Below are positions 27,931 through 37,411 of a stretch of 64,000 nt of DNA, piece by piece. The stretch is from Candidatus Woesearchaeota archaeon. GTDB taxonomy: Archaea; Nanobdellota; Nanobdellia; Woesearchaeales; 21-14-0-10-32-9. Each line of letters begins with the position of its first letter. Position 1 is the stretch's first letter. The position numbers and the translations under genes were made by a program. The stretch covers positions 26,512-90,511 of the forward strand of contig JAIPET010000002.1 of assembly GCA_021736975.1 (NCBI GenBank). Direction: 5' to 3'. The notes under the pieces are model-generated. The model was not told where the DNA came from. It saw only the letters and a list, made by a program, of their open reading frames with translations, and ran no database searches.

Positions 27931-30900
27931 GACGCTGCACCCCAACTCATATTTATTGTCGAACTTTTTTCTCCTGGTGTTTCATAAGTTGGAACTAATA
28001 TTCCAATATCTATAGTTATTGTATTATTAGATGTATGCCAATCTAATCCTTTTACAATATTTTCTAGTGATGACGATATGTTTGAAGAGCTCATTACTGA
28101 TTGTGCTTCATTAAAGGTTCCTGTACTTCTTGGTTGTAATGTCCAGTACGCAGTTCCTAGTGTTTCTGTTAACCATATACTTTCTTGCGCTGTTGTATTT
28201 CTTAAATCTGCTTCTATATTTCCATCATTTCTAAATTGGAATGGTTCTGGCGAATCATTTGTTGTATCATTAACTCCCTGTGGAAGTAATGTTCCAAAGT
28301 TCATTTGATTGTTTATTGTTGTTATAATTACTGATGATGCAATAGTGTAATTCCATGTTTCACTCCATTCTCCGTATTCTGTTCCGTCATTTGCTCTTAT
28401 TTTCCAGAAATATGTATCAAAGTCTTGATCATTTGGTTCTGCGTAGTAATTATTTGTTATTCCTGTTGAATTTCTTGCGGTATCATTAAACTCTACGTAT
28501 CTTGAAACTAATATTTGGTATGTTATTGAATCTGAATCTATATCTGTTGCATTAGTCCAATTGTAATAAGGAGTTCTGTTTGTGTATGTTAAATCTCCAT
28601 TATCTGGTTTACTTAAATTTACTGTTGATGGTGGCGCATTTATTATTGTTAATGTTGTGCTATTCATCCATGAACTGTTTTGTGTTCCATCATTTGCACT
28701 GCAACTTAATATCCATGTTTCTAATTTTGTTGTTTCTCCACTTGTTATTGTATCTACATTTAATTCTATACTTTCTGGTGTTGAGGAAGATATTCCTGAA
28801 TCATATAATGTTTCATTTCTGTACCAAATATAGTTAAATGTTATTGATCCACCATCATCATCTGTTCCAGTACAATATCCTGCTAAAGAATTATTTGTAT
28901 AAACTGATGTGTTTGGAGAAATTCTTACATCAGACATGTCTGGAGCTGTATTTCCTATTAATAAACTATTTGAAAGCAAAGTTATTCCGTCATCATATCC
29001 ATCGCTTGGAGTAACTGCTACAGACCAATTATCTCCTGATGTTGTTTCTTGAGAAACAAGTTTATTATATCCTTCGTTATAAATTTGAAGTATTTCTTCA
29101 TTACTTAAATATCTATCAAAAATCATGACTTCATCAAATGAACCATTAAACCAGTATGAATTTGAATCTCCTTTTTTACCAATTGCTAATCCAGAACCAC
29201 TCCAATCAATATTATGTGTTAAAAAATCAGGAGTTTTTGTTTTTGAAGAGCCGTCTAATCTTAAATAATGTGTATTTGTTTCTGCATTATATGCACTTGC
29301 TACAAAATGCCAATTATTATCTGCTGGCATACTATATGTCAATGTACTTCTATGATTTCCATATGGATCTCCTGAATATATGTCAGATCCTACATTTAAA
29401 GATGTACTAAAACCTATTGCGTGTCCTTTATTTATTGAACCTGACCAACTTGCCCCTCCAAGAACTGTTTGATATATACTTACAGCATCTGGATGTTGTT
29501 TATACCATATTATAAATGTTTGAGAGCCATTTAATTGATCAATTATGTGTTGAGGAACTTCTATTTTATCATTTACACCATCAAAAGCATATGCGCCTCC
29601 AACTGCTCCTTCACTTGTCCATGTTGGTACATAACTTGCTGTTCCCCCCCCTAATGTTCCATATATTCCTGATGTTGAATAATCTTTTATTCCTGCTGTA
29701 CTTTCGTTTGAAACATTTGAATTAAAATTCATATTTAGTAGTGCTATACTTTCTCCGTCATAATTATTTCTGTATCTTCTAAGACCTGCGTAGTATTCTG
29801 CAGTTATTTGTTCTGCGGTTAATGCGTAATTGTATATTCTTGGTTCATCTATTGTCCCATTGAAATATCCTCCTCCATCAACATCGTGTTTTCCAATTAT
29901 TAAATTTCTTGAAGGCTCACTTATTTCTCCTCCTACTGAACCTGTTGTTGTTTCTTGTTCTCCGTTTATATAGAAATATTTTGTTCCCTTTTCTATTTTT
30001 GCTACAACAAAATACCATTCTCCGTAATTAATTATTTGATCTGTATATAAATCACTTCTTACTGAGCTAGCATCGTTTTTATCTATTGAAAATCTTAATT
30101 TTTGAGAACTACCATCATGTTGAATACCATATCCATCAACTAATCGTCCTGTTCCTTTATCAATAATTACACTCACATTTTCATTTGATCCTTTTCCACC
30201 AGAATATTGAGTATTTATTTTAATCCATAAAGAAATTGTCATATTTCCAGTTGAAAAATCTAATTCTGAATCATTATTTATTTCTATATAATCATCAACA
30301 CCATCGAATTCGTATGCGCCTCCTATTTTTCCATTTGTTGTCCAATTTGGTGTTTTGCTTCCTGTTCCGCCTCCGAGAGTTCCGTGATTAAGGTATGTTG
30401 AGTAATCTTTTACTGCATCTGTTGTTGTCGTATTTACTTTTTGATCAAAATGCATATTTAGTACTTCTCGTTTTGTATCTGTTTTTCTCCAGTCATATGA
30501 CCAATTTATGCTGTGTGAATCTGCATCATTTTCATTTTGATAATATATATTTAAATCGTCATTCGTATTATTTATTCCTGTACTGCTATTTAATATTGGA
30601 ATATCTTGAGTTGGAATGCTATTTAAAAAGCAACATATTTTCAAATTGTATGCATTGCAATCACCTAAATGTGCATTCGTATTGTTGTTTCCTTCTGAAT
30701 TTGCCATACTTCCCATGCATTCGTAACTTGCAGGACAACTGCTTTCTGATAATGTGCAGTATGATGTTCCTAAACTATTTACGCATGTTGAATATGTATA
30801 TCTTGGATTTAAAGAATCATCTTCTGGATCTTGAATATGACTATTTGTTAATGCATATAAATATAGCATTGAATCTGCTTTTTCGTTGCATTCAGTTCCT

Positions 30901-31127
30901 ATATTTTGTGTTGTACTTGAGCAGCACATCGAATTTGCATATTGTGTTTGATTTACGTAATTTACGTGACTGTTATTTATTCCTCCTGTATCTGATTGTA
31001 GTGTTAAAAGTATGTCATCTGTACAGCTTGCTGTTGATTGTAAATTGCATGTTATATCTGCTAATGAATTTTGAAAAGAAATTACTAGTAAAAAAAAAAT
31101 TAAAAAAAAAATTATGTACTTATTCAT
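27927..31127 (-). CDS. Giant secreted protein (1066 aa) containing two LamG / concanavalin-A-like lectin domains
   Basis: Signal peptide MNKYIIFFLIFFLLVISFQNSLA. FNGTIDEPRIYNYALTAEQI and FNGSFDEVMIFDRYLSNEEI match the Laminin_G_3 signature (F.G.IDEVRIYNRALS..EI). Confidence 0.6.
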   Translation of the reverse strand: MNKYIIFFLIFFLLVISFQNSLADITCNLQSTASCTDDILLTLQSDTGGINNSHVNYVNQTQYANSMCCSSTTQNIGTECNEKADSMLYLYALTNSHIQDPEDDSLNPRYTYSTCVNSLGTSYCTLSESSCPASYECMGSMANSEGNNNTNAHLGDCNAYNLKICCFLNSIPTQDIPILNSSTGINNTNDDLNIYYQNENDADSHSINWSYDWRKTDTKREVLNMHFDQKVNTTTTDAVKDYSTYLNHGTLGGGTGSKTPNWTTNGKIGGAYEFDGVDDYIEINNDSELDFSTGNMTISLWIKINTQYSGGKGSNENVSVIIDKGTGRLVDGYGIQHDGSSQKLRFSIDKNDASSVRSDLYTDQIINYGEWYFVVAKIEKGTKYFYINGEQETTTGSVGGEISEPSRNLIIGKHDVDGGGYFNGTIDEPRIYNYALTAEQITAEYYAGLRRYRNNYDGESIALLNMNFNSNVSNESTAGIKDYSTSGIYGTLGGGTASYVPTWTSEGAVGGAYAFDGVNDKIEVPQHIIDQLNGSQTFIIWYKQHPDAVSIYQTVLGGASWSGSINKGHAIGFSTSLNVGSDIYSGDPYGNHRSTLTYSMPADNNWHFVASAYNAETNTHYLRLDGSSKTKTPDFLTHNIDWSGSGLAIGKKGDSNSYWFNGSFDEVMIFDRYLSNEEILQIYNEGYNKLVSQETTSGDNWSVAVTPSDGYDDGITLLSNSLLIGNTAPDMSDVRISPNTSVYTNNSLAGYCTGTDDDGGSITFNYIWYRNETLYDSGISSSTPESIELNVDTITSGETTKLETWILSCSANDGTQNSSWMNSTTLTIINAPPSTVNLSKPDNGDLTYTNRTPYYNWTNATDIDSDSITYQILVSRYVEFNDTARNSTGITNNYYAEPNDQDFDTYFWKIRANDGTEYGEWSETWNYTIASSVIITTINNQMNFGTLLPQGVNDTTNDSPEPFQFRNDGNIEADLRNTTAQESIWLTETLGTAYWTLQPRSTGTFNEAQSVMSSSNISSSLENIVKGLDWHTSNNTITIDIGILVPTYETPGEKSSTINMSWGAAS

Positions 31128-31140
31128 TCAAGTACATCCC

Positions 31141-31584
31141 CTATTGTTGTGGTTGTCCTTGTTGTAAACATTCTACTGCAATCATGTTAACTGTTTGATT
31201 TGCAAATGTTAATGGGAACGGTTCACAAGTTGTTGCTTGTAAATATACACATTCAAGTGGAAGCATAGTCATTGTTGTGTTTTGTCCGACTATCGGTGTT
31301 GGCGTACATTGACTTCCTTGTTGTAATAAGTATAGAACTGTTTCTTGACTTCCTTGTTGTGCTCCTGCAATATAAATTTCTTGTTGTTCTTGAACAATTC
31401 CTTGTTGATAATTTGATACTAGTATATATACAAATGCAACTACAAATAAAATTCCAAAGATTATTGCTAAAAATTTAAATGTTCTTCCATCAAATTTTGA
31501 AACTTTTTTGTCTTTTGTTTTTTGTTCTTTTTCTACTTTAGAGAAAACGTCTGGTTTATTACTCGCTGTTTTTTTACTTTTCAT
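31141..31584 (-). CDS. Membrane-anchored Q-rich protein with an N-terminal signal anchor and four Cys near the C-terminus
   Basis: TM helix FKFLAIIFGILFVVAFVYILV followed by a Q-rich ectodomain. Start taken at the internal Met. Confidence 0.35.
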   Translation of the reverse strand: MKSKKTASNKPDVFSKVEKEQKTKDKKVSKFDGRTFKFLAIIFGILFVVAFVYILVSNYQQGIVQEQQEIYIAGAQQGSQETVLYLLQQGSQCTPTPIVGQNTTMTMLPLECVYLQATTCEPFPLTFANQTVNMIAVECLQQGQPQQ

Positions 31585-31729
31585 TTCAATACCCCCCCTA
31601 AATCGTGTTAGCACAATTTATTTATAAATGTTTATGTTATGTATAGACCTATTCATTTTTAAACTTTATTGTTTTTTAAGAAAAACCTTTTTAAACTACA
31701 TCTTTGTTCTGTAATATTAATACATTTAT

Positions 31730-31803
31730 GGGCCTGTGGCTTAGCCTGGTAGAGCGCACGACTGATAATCGTGAGGTCGGGAGTTCAAATCTCCTCAGGC
31801 CCA
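31730..31803 (+). tRNA. tRNA-Ile (anticodon GAU)
   Basis: GGGCCTG..CACGA-CTGATAA-TCGTG..GGGAG-TTCAAAT-CTCCT-CAGGCCC-A. All stems are canonical. Confidence 0.85.
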
Positions 31804-31844
31804 TATTTTTTGGACTGAGTGGCTTGAAATTTTTAATTTCATTG

Positions 31845-31862
31845 TCCTCAGGCCCATATTTT
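31845..31862 (+). repeat. Direct duplicate of the last 18 nt of tRNA-Ile plus trailer (TCCTCAGGCCCATATTTT), 53 nt downstream of the original at 31792-31809
   Basis: Exact 18-nt direct repeat read from the sequence. Confidence 0.5.
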
Positions 31863-32033
31863 AATCAATTATGTAATATATTTAGAATTTCTCAAATATA
31901 CAGGATACAAAACGAAGATTCTATTATCTTTATCCTATTAGCTTTGTTGTAATATCGTTGTTTAATCTTGATTTTATTTTTATAAGATTGTTTTGATTGT
32001 TAGTTAGAGGTGGTTATAGTGGATTTTACAGAT

Positions 32034-32663
32034 ATGATTGGGATGCATATTATTTATGCGATTACTGGTCCTATGAAAAGTGGAAAAACTAATGAGTTAA
32101 AAAGCATTATGAGTAAAGTTTCATATAGAACTGATTTGTCTTCAATTTTTATTAAGAAAGAAGATAAACGTAATGAAGAACAATTTGGAAAAACTATTTT
32201 AGATGAATATAATCCTTTTTTTATTGATTTTGATGATGCTATTGGAATTTATGAAGTTTGTAAAGATAAAGATCTTATTTATGTTGATGAAGCACAATTT
32301 CTTAATAATAAGATGCCTGAAATTTTTTCTTATTTAACCACAAAAGGAAAAGATATTGTTGTTTGTGGTTTAGATCTCGATTTTAAAGGAGAGCCTTTCG
32401 GAGTTATGCCTGATTTTTTATCTTTAGCTTTTAATGTTAATAAACATACTGCTGTTTGTGAATATGATTCTTGTAATAATCTTGCAACAAGAACTCAAAG
32501 ATTAATTAATAATAAACCCGCAAATTATCTTGATAAAATTGTTAAAATTCAAAATGAATCTATGTTAAAAGATAATGAAAATTATGAAGCTCGTTGTTTT
32601 AAACATCATTTTGTTCCTGGAAAACCTGATTTTTTAAGTTCGTTCACTGGTCAATCTTCCTGA
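32034..32663 (+). CDS. tdk: Thymidine kinase
   Basis: P-loop GPMKSGKT, the DEAQF motif, and a C-terminal zinc ribbon with four Cys (VCEYDSC ... RCFKHH). The start may instead be the GTG at 32010 or 32019. Confidence 0.8.
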   Translation: MIGMHIIYAITGPMKSGKTNELKSIMSKVSYRTDLSSIFIKKEDKRNEEQFGKTILDEYNPFFIDFDDAIGIYEVCKDKDLIYVDEAQFLNNKMPEIFSYLTTKGKDIVVCGLDLDFKGEPFGVMPDFLSLAFNVNKHTAVCEYDSCNNLATRTQRLINNKPANYLDKIVKIQNESMLKDNENYEARCFKHHFVPGKPDFLSSFTGQSS

Positions 32664-32697
32664 AGATTTATATACTGTTTTTTGTTTTTATTTTTTT

Positions 32698-34323
32698 ATG
32701 ACTACTCTTGAGCAAATTAGTGAAGAATCAGGGGATCCTTTAGTTGATATTGCTATTGATGCTTTAAAAAAAAATAAGCAATTAATTGTTTTTGTTAATA
32801 CTAAAAGAAGTGCTGAAGCGGTTGCTGAACGTTTATCTACTAAAGCTTTTTCTAAAAGTGATGAATCTAAAGATTTAAAAGATTTAAGTGATAAATCTTT
32901 ACATGCTCTTTCTAGCCCTACAAAGCAGTGTAAGAGACTTAGTAGAATTTTACTTAGAGGAGTTTCATTTCATCATTCCGGTCTTAATTCTTCTCAGCGG
33001 GATTTAGTGGAAGATGGTTTTAAAAATAAATTTATTAAGATTATTTGTGCCACGCCTACTTTAGCCGCGGGTGTTGATTTGCCTGCTGGAAGAGTTATTA
33101 TTCGTGATTTAAAACGTTATGGTGGAGTTTGGGGTATGAGTAATATTCCTGTTTTAGAATATGAACAAATGAGTGGAAGAGCTGGACGTCCTAAATTTGA
33201 TAAAACTGGAGAAGCTGTTTGTATTGCTTCTTCTAATAGTGAAAAAGAAGACATTTGGGAAAGTTATGTTAATGGTTTACCTGAAGAGATTCTTTCTAAA
33301 CTTGCTGTTGAACCTGTTCTTAGAACTTATATTTTAAGTTTAGTTGCCACAGGCATTGTTGGTTCTAATAAAGAATTAAAAGAGTTCATGTCTAAAACTT
33401 TTTATGCGTTTCAATATAAAGATATTGGTAAATTATTTAGTATTTTGGATAGAATGGTTTCTAAGTTAGAAGAATGGGAGTTTATCTCTGTAATTGGAAA
33501 ACAGAATTCGGAATTTACATCTGTGGCTTCTGATTTCATTTCAGCTTCTGATTTAAATAATATTAGTTCTGATGATTTTAAGATTCGTGCAACTAAACTT
33601 GGAGAAAGAGTTGCCGAACTTTATTTAGATCCTTATACCGCTCATTATCTTTTAACTTGTATGCAACGTGCTAAAAGTGCTAAAGTTCTTAGGTCTTTTA
33701 GTTTTCTTCAAATGATTAGTTGGACTCTTGAGATGAGGCCTTTTATTAGGATGAAACAAAAAGATATTCCTTTGGTCGAATCTAGATTAGTTGAAGAATC
33801 AGGTAATTTTTATTCTTTAGAGCCTCCTGAATATAGTGAAGAATATGATGAATTTATGGATACTATTAAGACTGCAATTGTTTTTGATAGTTGGGTTGAT
33901 GAATTTGGCGAAGATAGATTATTTGATGAATTTCAAGTCACTCCTGGAGAATTGAATGCTAAACTTGATAGGGCTGATTGGTTGTTATTTTCTTGTTATG
34001 AACTTAGTAAATTGCAAGGCTTTAGAGAGATTAGTAATTTTATTTTAAAATTACGTATTAGATTAAAAAATGGTGTGAAAGAAGAATTGTTGCCTTTATT
34101 AAAATTGAAAGGTGTTGGACGTGTTCGTGCAAGAAAACTTTATGCTAATTCTATTAAGGATTTAGGGGATGTTAAAAAAATAGATATTAGTAGTCTTGCT
34201 TCTCTTATCGGAAAAAAACTTTCTCTTGATGTAAAAAAGCAAGTTGGTCAGAATTTGTCTGAGGATAAGATAAAAATAAAACCTAATAAGAGAAAGGGTC
34301 AAATTAGTTTAGAAGATTTTTAA
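32698..34323 (+). CDS. Hel308/Ski2-like helicase, C-terminal 541 aa only (RecA2, winged helix, ratchet, HhH); the N-terminal RecA1 ATPase half is absent
   Basis: Begins in the RecA2 domain (LIVFVNTKRSAEAVAERL). Motifs IV-VI are present (FHHSGL, ATPTLAAGVDLPA, QMSGRAGRP), and the C-terminus has an HhH (LKLKGVGRVRARKL). No Walker A or DExH is found upstream. Confidence 0.7.
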   Translation: MTTLEQISEESGDPLVDIAIDALKKNKQLIVFVNTKRSAEAVAERLSTKAFSKSDESKDLKDLSDKSLHALSSPTKQCKRLSRILLRGVSFHHSGLNSSQRDLVEDGFKNKFIKIICATPTLAAGVDLPAGRVIIRDLKRYGGVWGMSNIPVLEYEQMSGRAGRPKFDKTGEAVCIASSNSEKEDIWESYVNGLPEEILSKLAVEPVLRTYILSLVATGIVGSNKELKEFMSKTFYAFQYKDIGKLFSILDRMVSKLEEWEFISVIGKQNSEFTSVASDFISASDLNNISSDDFKIRATKLGERVAELYLDPYTAHYLLTCMQRAKSAKVLRSFSFLQMISWTLEMRPFIRMKQKDIPLVESRLVEESGNFYSLEPPEYSEEYDEFMDTIKTAIVFDSWVDEFGEDRLFDEFQVTPGELNAKLDRADWLLFSCYELSKLQGFREISNFILKLRIRLKNGVKEELLPLLKLKGVGRVRARKLYANSIKDLGDVKKIDISSLASLIGKKLSLDVKKQVGQNLSEDKIKIKPNKRKGQISLEDF

Positions 34324-34414
34324 AGAATCTGACATTTTTTTAAAATTCAACATCATTCTTTTTTACTATGAAATAGCGACAGATTTATATTTTTATTTAT
34401 TTTTTTGTTTTTTT

Positions 34415-35116
34415 ATGAAAGATAATTTTAGTGATTTTGTTGAAAAGCGTATGCATATTAGAAATTCTGTTGCGGCTATTTTTGATGAAGTTGAATTTGT
34501 TCCTGATCCTGAAATTTATGTAGGTTTTGATACTATGTTTGGAACTGTTAAAGGTTATATTATACCAGATGATTTTTTGTTTAATCCTGGAAAATTTCAA
34601 TATATAGTTACGAATAATAGTGAAGAATACCCTGTTAATTCTACTGATTTGAAAATAATAAATAAAGAAAATATGATCTCTAAACAACCTATTTATGATA
34701 AGATTGGTTTGTTCCCAGTGTGTTTTAGTCTTATTGATTATGTTGGTTTTTTAGGTGGAGAAATGATGCAAAATAAAGGATTTATTAAAAGTGTTAATGC
34801 AAATATCCTAAATATAGAAACTCTCTCTTTTAAAAATGATAAAAATATAGATATCAAAAAAGAATTTGTTAATATTAATTTAAATATAACCATTATTCCT
34901 TCAAATGAATTTTCTGAATGGTTAAATCCTATAGTGAGTAAAATGAATATTTTGTATGGTGAAATTAATAAAAATCAAGGAATTGAAAGTAAAGATTATT
35001 TTGATTATCTTTTGACTCAATATATTAGTGGTTTTGGAATTAATAGTTTTGATAAAAATAAAACGTTTGATTCTGTTAAAATTTATGATTTTTTTAATGG
35101 TGATTTGCGTGGATAA
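34415..35116 (+). CDS. Hypothetical protein
   Basis: 233-aa ORF with typical codon usage and no recognisable motif. Confidence 0.35.
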   Translation: MKDNFSDFVEKRMHIRNSVAAIFDEVEFVPDPEIYVGFDTMFGTVKGYIIPDDFLFNPGKFQYIVTNNSEEYPVNSTDLKIINKENMISKQPIYDKIGLFPVCFSLIDYVGFLGGEMMQNKGFIKSVNANILNIETLSFKNDKNIDIKKEFVNINLNITIIPSNEFSEWLNPIVSKMNILYGEINKNQGIESKDYFDYLLTQYISGFGINSFDKNKTFDSVKIYDFFNGDLRG

Positions 35117-35744
35117 AAAAATTTGTTTGTGTGATGAGGTTAGTTTTTTTAGTGAAAAATATAAAAGCGAAGTTGAAGGTGTTGTTACTAAATTGTTTAG
35201 AGATGGCAGAGATTATTTAAATAATTTTAATAATTTTGCTATTGTTGAAATTATTAATGAATATGATGAATTTTCTAAGCAAATTGTTTCTTTAAATGAT
35301 AAAATAAATATTATTGAAAAATCAAATTTTATGGAAACTAATGAAATTTCAAATCTTAATATTTTTCCTGATGAAAATTATTTTATTATTAATCACGATA
35401 GAAAATCTATTTTTGGAGGATTCATGGTTGGTTTGGAGTATGATTATAAGAAGAATTTAGTTAATGTTTCTTATCTTGTCAATGAAGTTAGTCAAAATGC
35501 TTTAGCCTACGCAAAACAAAAAGGTTTTTCTTATTATAAAAATAATCATAAATTTTATTTTGATGATTTTTATCAAAGAGATAATGAACTGTTTACACAT
35601 ATTTCTTTATTTACTGCTAAATTTATTGATGAAATTATTTATCAGGATGAAAATTTTATTAAGTCTGTTACATTAGATAATATATCTTGTGTTTCTAATT
35701 TTCCTATCTATGTTAATTTTAATAAAGGTAATATTGATTCTTAA
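35097..35744 (+). CDS. Hypothetical protein; it overlaps the previous ORF in another frame, so it may be the 3' part of one frameshifted gene
   Basis: The ORF in the track begins at 35028 and overlaps the upstream ORF; the first plausible internal start is 35097. Confidence 0.3.
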   Translation: MVICVDKKICLCDEVSFFSEKYKSEVEGVVTKLFRDGRDYLNNFNNFAIVEIINEYDEFSKQIVSLNDKINIIEKSNFMETNEISNLNIFPDENYFIINHDRKSIFGGFMVGLEYDYKKNLVNVSYLVNEVSQNALAYAKQKGFSYYKNNHKFYFDDFYQRDNELFTHISLFTAKFIDEIIYQDENFIKSVTLDNISCVSNFPIYVNFNKGNIDS

Positions 35745-36675
35745 ATTTTATTACGTTCACTTTTTGTCCGGAAGAATATTCTATTATTTCTTTTGGGTTT
35801 TTTTGTACGTTTACTGATTGATATGTTTCTGGATCCATTATTTCTAGTTGTGGATGTGTTTTGGTTATTCTTGTTTTATATTTTTTTTCTGGTGTTATTT
35901 CTAGATCTTTTTCTTCTAGTTTGAATGCAAATTTTTTCCCTAATTCTAAGTTTGTTGTTGTAATTATTTTTTTTGTTCCTGTTATTTTTAGGGGTTTATC
36001 ATCTCTTATTATTATATCTCCTGTCGTAAATTTTGGTATTGTTAATAATGTGTTTACTCTGAATATATCTTTGCTTGTTTGGCTATTATAACTAAATAAT
36101 TGTGCGTTATTTGAGATTATTCCTCCGAAATTTCTCATTATTTTTAGTGCGAGTGGTTCCATTTGGTTCTTTTTTTGAAAGAAATAATCTGCTGTTTCTT
36201 TTGTTTGTGAAATTTTATTTATTGGAATATTATTTTTTTCTATTTGATGTTTTATGTAGTCTTTTATTTCTTTTGTTATATTTCTTACTTGTAATATTCC
36301 TTCAAAATATGTGCTTCCTTCTTTACTTATTGCTGGACTAGTTGTTATTTCTGTTTCTACTGGTATTACAAATTCTTCTTTTTGATATTCTATTAAGAAT
36401 TCTAGTGTTGTTTGTTTTCCTGTTTTTTTTAGTAAGTCTTCTGTTATTTGTGGTAGTCCTATAACTTTTATTTTTTGTTTTGTTGAATTTTTTATTAAAT
36501 TTTTTAATGCTTCATCAATATTTGAGTGATTTGACCATTTTCCTTTATGAAATATTCTTCCAGATGGACATAATTTTATTTTGATTGGTTTAAAATCTAA
36601 TTGTATTTCTCTGCAATCCTCACAAAATTTTCCTTTTGTTATTGTTTTTCCGCATTTTGGACAAAATTTTTTCAT
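35719..36675 (-). CDS. Nmd3-like protein (60S export adaptor family) with an N-terminal C4 zinc ribbon
   Basis: N-terminal CPKCGK-x9-CEDC cluster, 318 aa, a size and layout similar to archaeal Nmd3 homologs. Confidence 0.4.
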   Translation of the reverse strand: MKKFCPKCGKTITKGKFCEDCREIQLDFKPIKIKLCPSGRIFHKGKWSNHSNIDEALKNLIKNSTKQKIKVIGLPQITEDLLKKTGKQTTLEFLIEYQKEEFVIPVETEITTSPAISKEGSTYFEGILQVRNITKEIKDYIKHQIEKNNIPINKISQTKETADYFFQKKNQMEPLALKIMRNFGGIISNNAQLFSYNSQTSKDIFRVNTLLTIPKFTTGDIIIRDDKPLKITGTKKIITTTNLELGKKFAFKLEEKDLEITPEKKYKTRITKTHPQLEIMDPETYQSVNVQKNPKEIIEYSSGQKVNVIKFKNQYYLY

Positions 36676-36705
36676 TAATAGTATAGAAATTAAAAGATTA
36701 TTTAA

Positions 36706-37407
36706 ATGCTTTTGATATTCATGAATAGTATGAAAAAAAGAGATTCAGTAATTAAAAGAAATAATCATACTAAAAAATCTGAAATTAAAAAAATTTGGGA
36801 GTTTATTTGGCATAGTGATAGTCCTTGGAGTTGGCTTGTTAATATTTTATTAGCTTTTTTAATAATTAAATTTTTGGTTTATCCTGGTTTGGGTTTAGTT
36901 TTTGGAACTAATCTTCCTATTGTTGCAGTTATTAGTAATAGTATGGAGCATCCTCAGGGAAATGATTGGTTTTTTACTGATAGTGCTCTTTGTTATAATG
37001 GTCCTTGTGTTCAAATGGAATGGTATATGCAGCATAATATTAGTGAAGAAATATTTAATGATTTTCGTTTTACTTCAGGTTTTAATAAGGGAGATTTGAT
37101 GATTTTAGTTGGTAGTTCTCCTAAAGATACAAATATAGGGGATGTAATTGTTTTTTATAGACCTGATGGAATCCCTGTTATTCATAGAGTTTTTGATAAA
37201 TATAATTTGAGTGGACGAGTTTATTATAGTACTAAAGGCGACAATAATATTGCTCCGTTAACGCCTCAACAAGCAGGTTTTGATGAGAATCAAATTTCTT
37301 CAGAGTCTGTTGCTGGAAAAGCAATTGGTAGAGTGCCATTTCTTGGTTGGATTAAGTTAGCTTTCACAAATCTTATAAGTTCAATTTTTGGTGTTCAATT
37401 AGCGTGA
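36706..37407 (+). CDS. Signal peptidase I, archaeal/eukaryotic Sec11 type (S26B)
   Basis: A TM anchor, then the catalytic Ser region VISNSMEHP, the His region GIPVIHRV and a conserved D-box (TKGDNN). Confidence 0.7.
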   Translation: MLLIFMNSMKKRDSVIKRNNHTKKSEIKKIWEFIWHSDSPWSWLVNILLAFLIIKFLVYPGLGLVFGTNLPIVAVISNSMEHPQGNDWFFTDSALCYNGPCVQMEWYMQHNISEEIFNDFRFTSGFNKGDLMILVGSSPKDTNIGDVIVFYRPDGIPVIHRVFDKYNLSGRVYYSTKGDNNIAPLTPQQAGFDENQISSESVAGKAIGRVPFLGWIKLAFTNLISSIFGVQLA

Positions 37408-37411
37408 TAAT

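Noticed and set aside
31730-31862. Integrated provirus or integrative element at tRNA-Ile
   Set aside because: Only a 35-nt segment lies between the duplicated tRNA 3' ends. No integrase, capsid or other phage-like gene lies within several kb on either side.
31704-31952. 82-aa ORF overlapping tRNA-Ile
   Set aside because: It is fully occupied by a canonical tRNA and its trailer, and the translation has no motifs.
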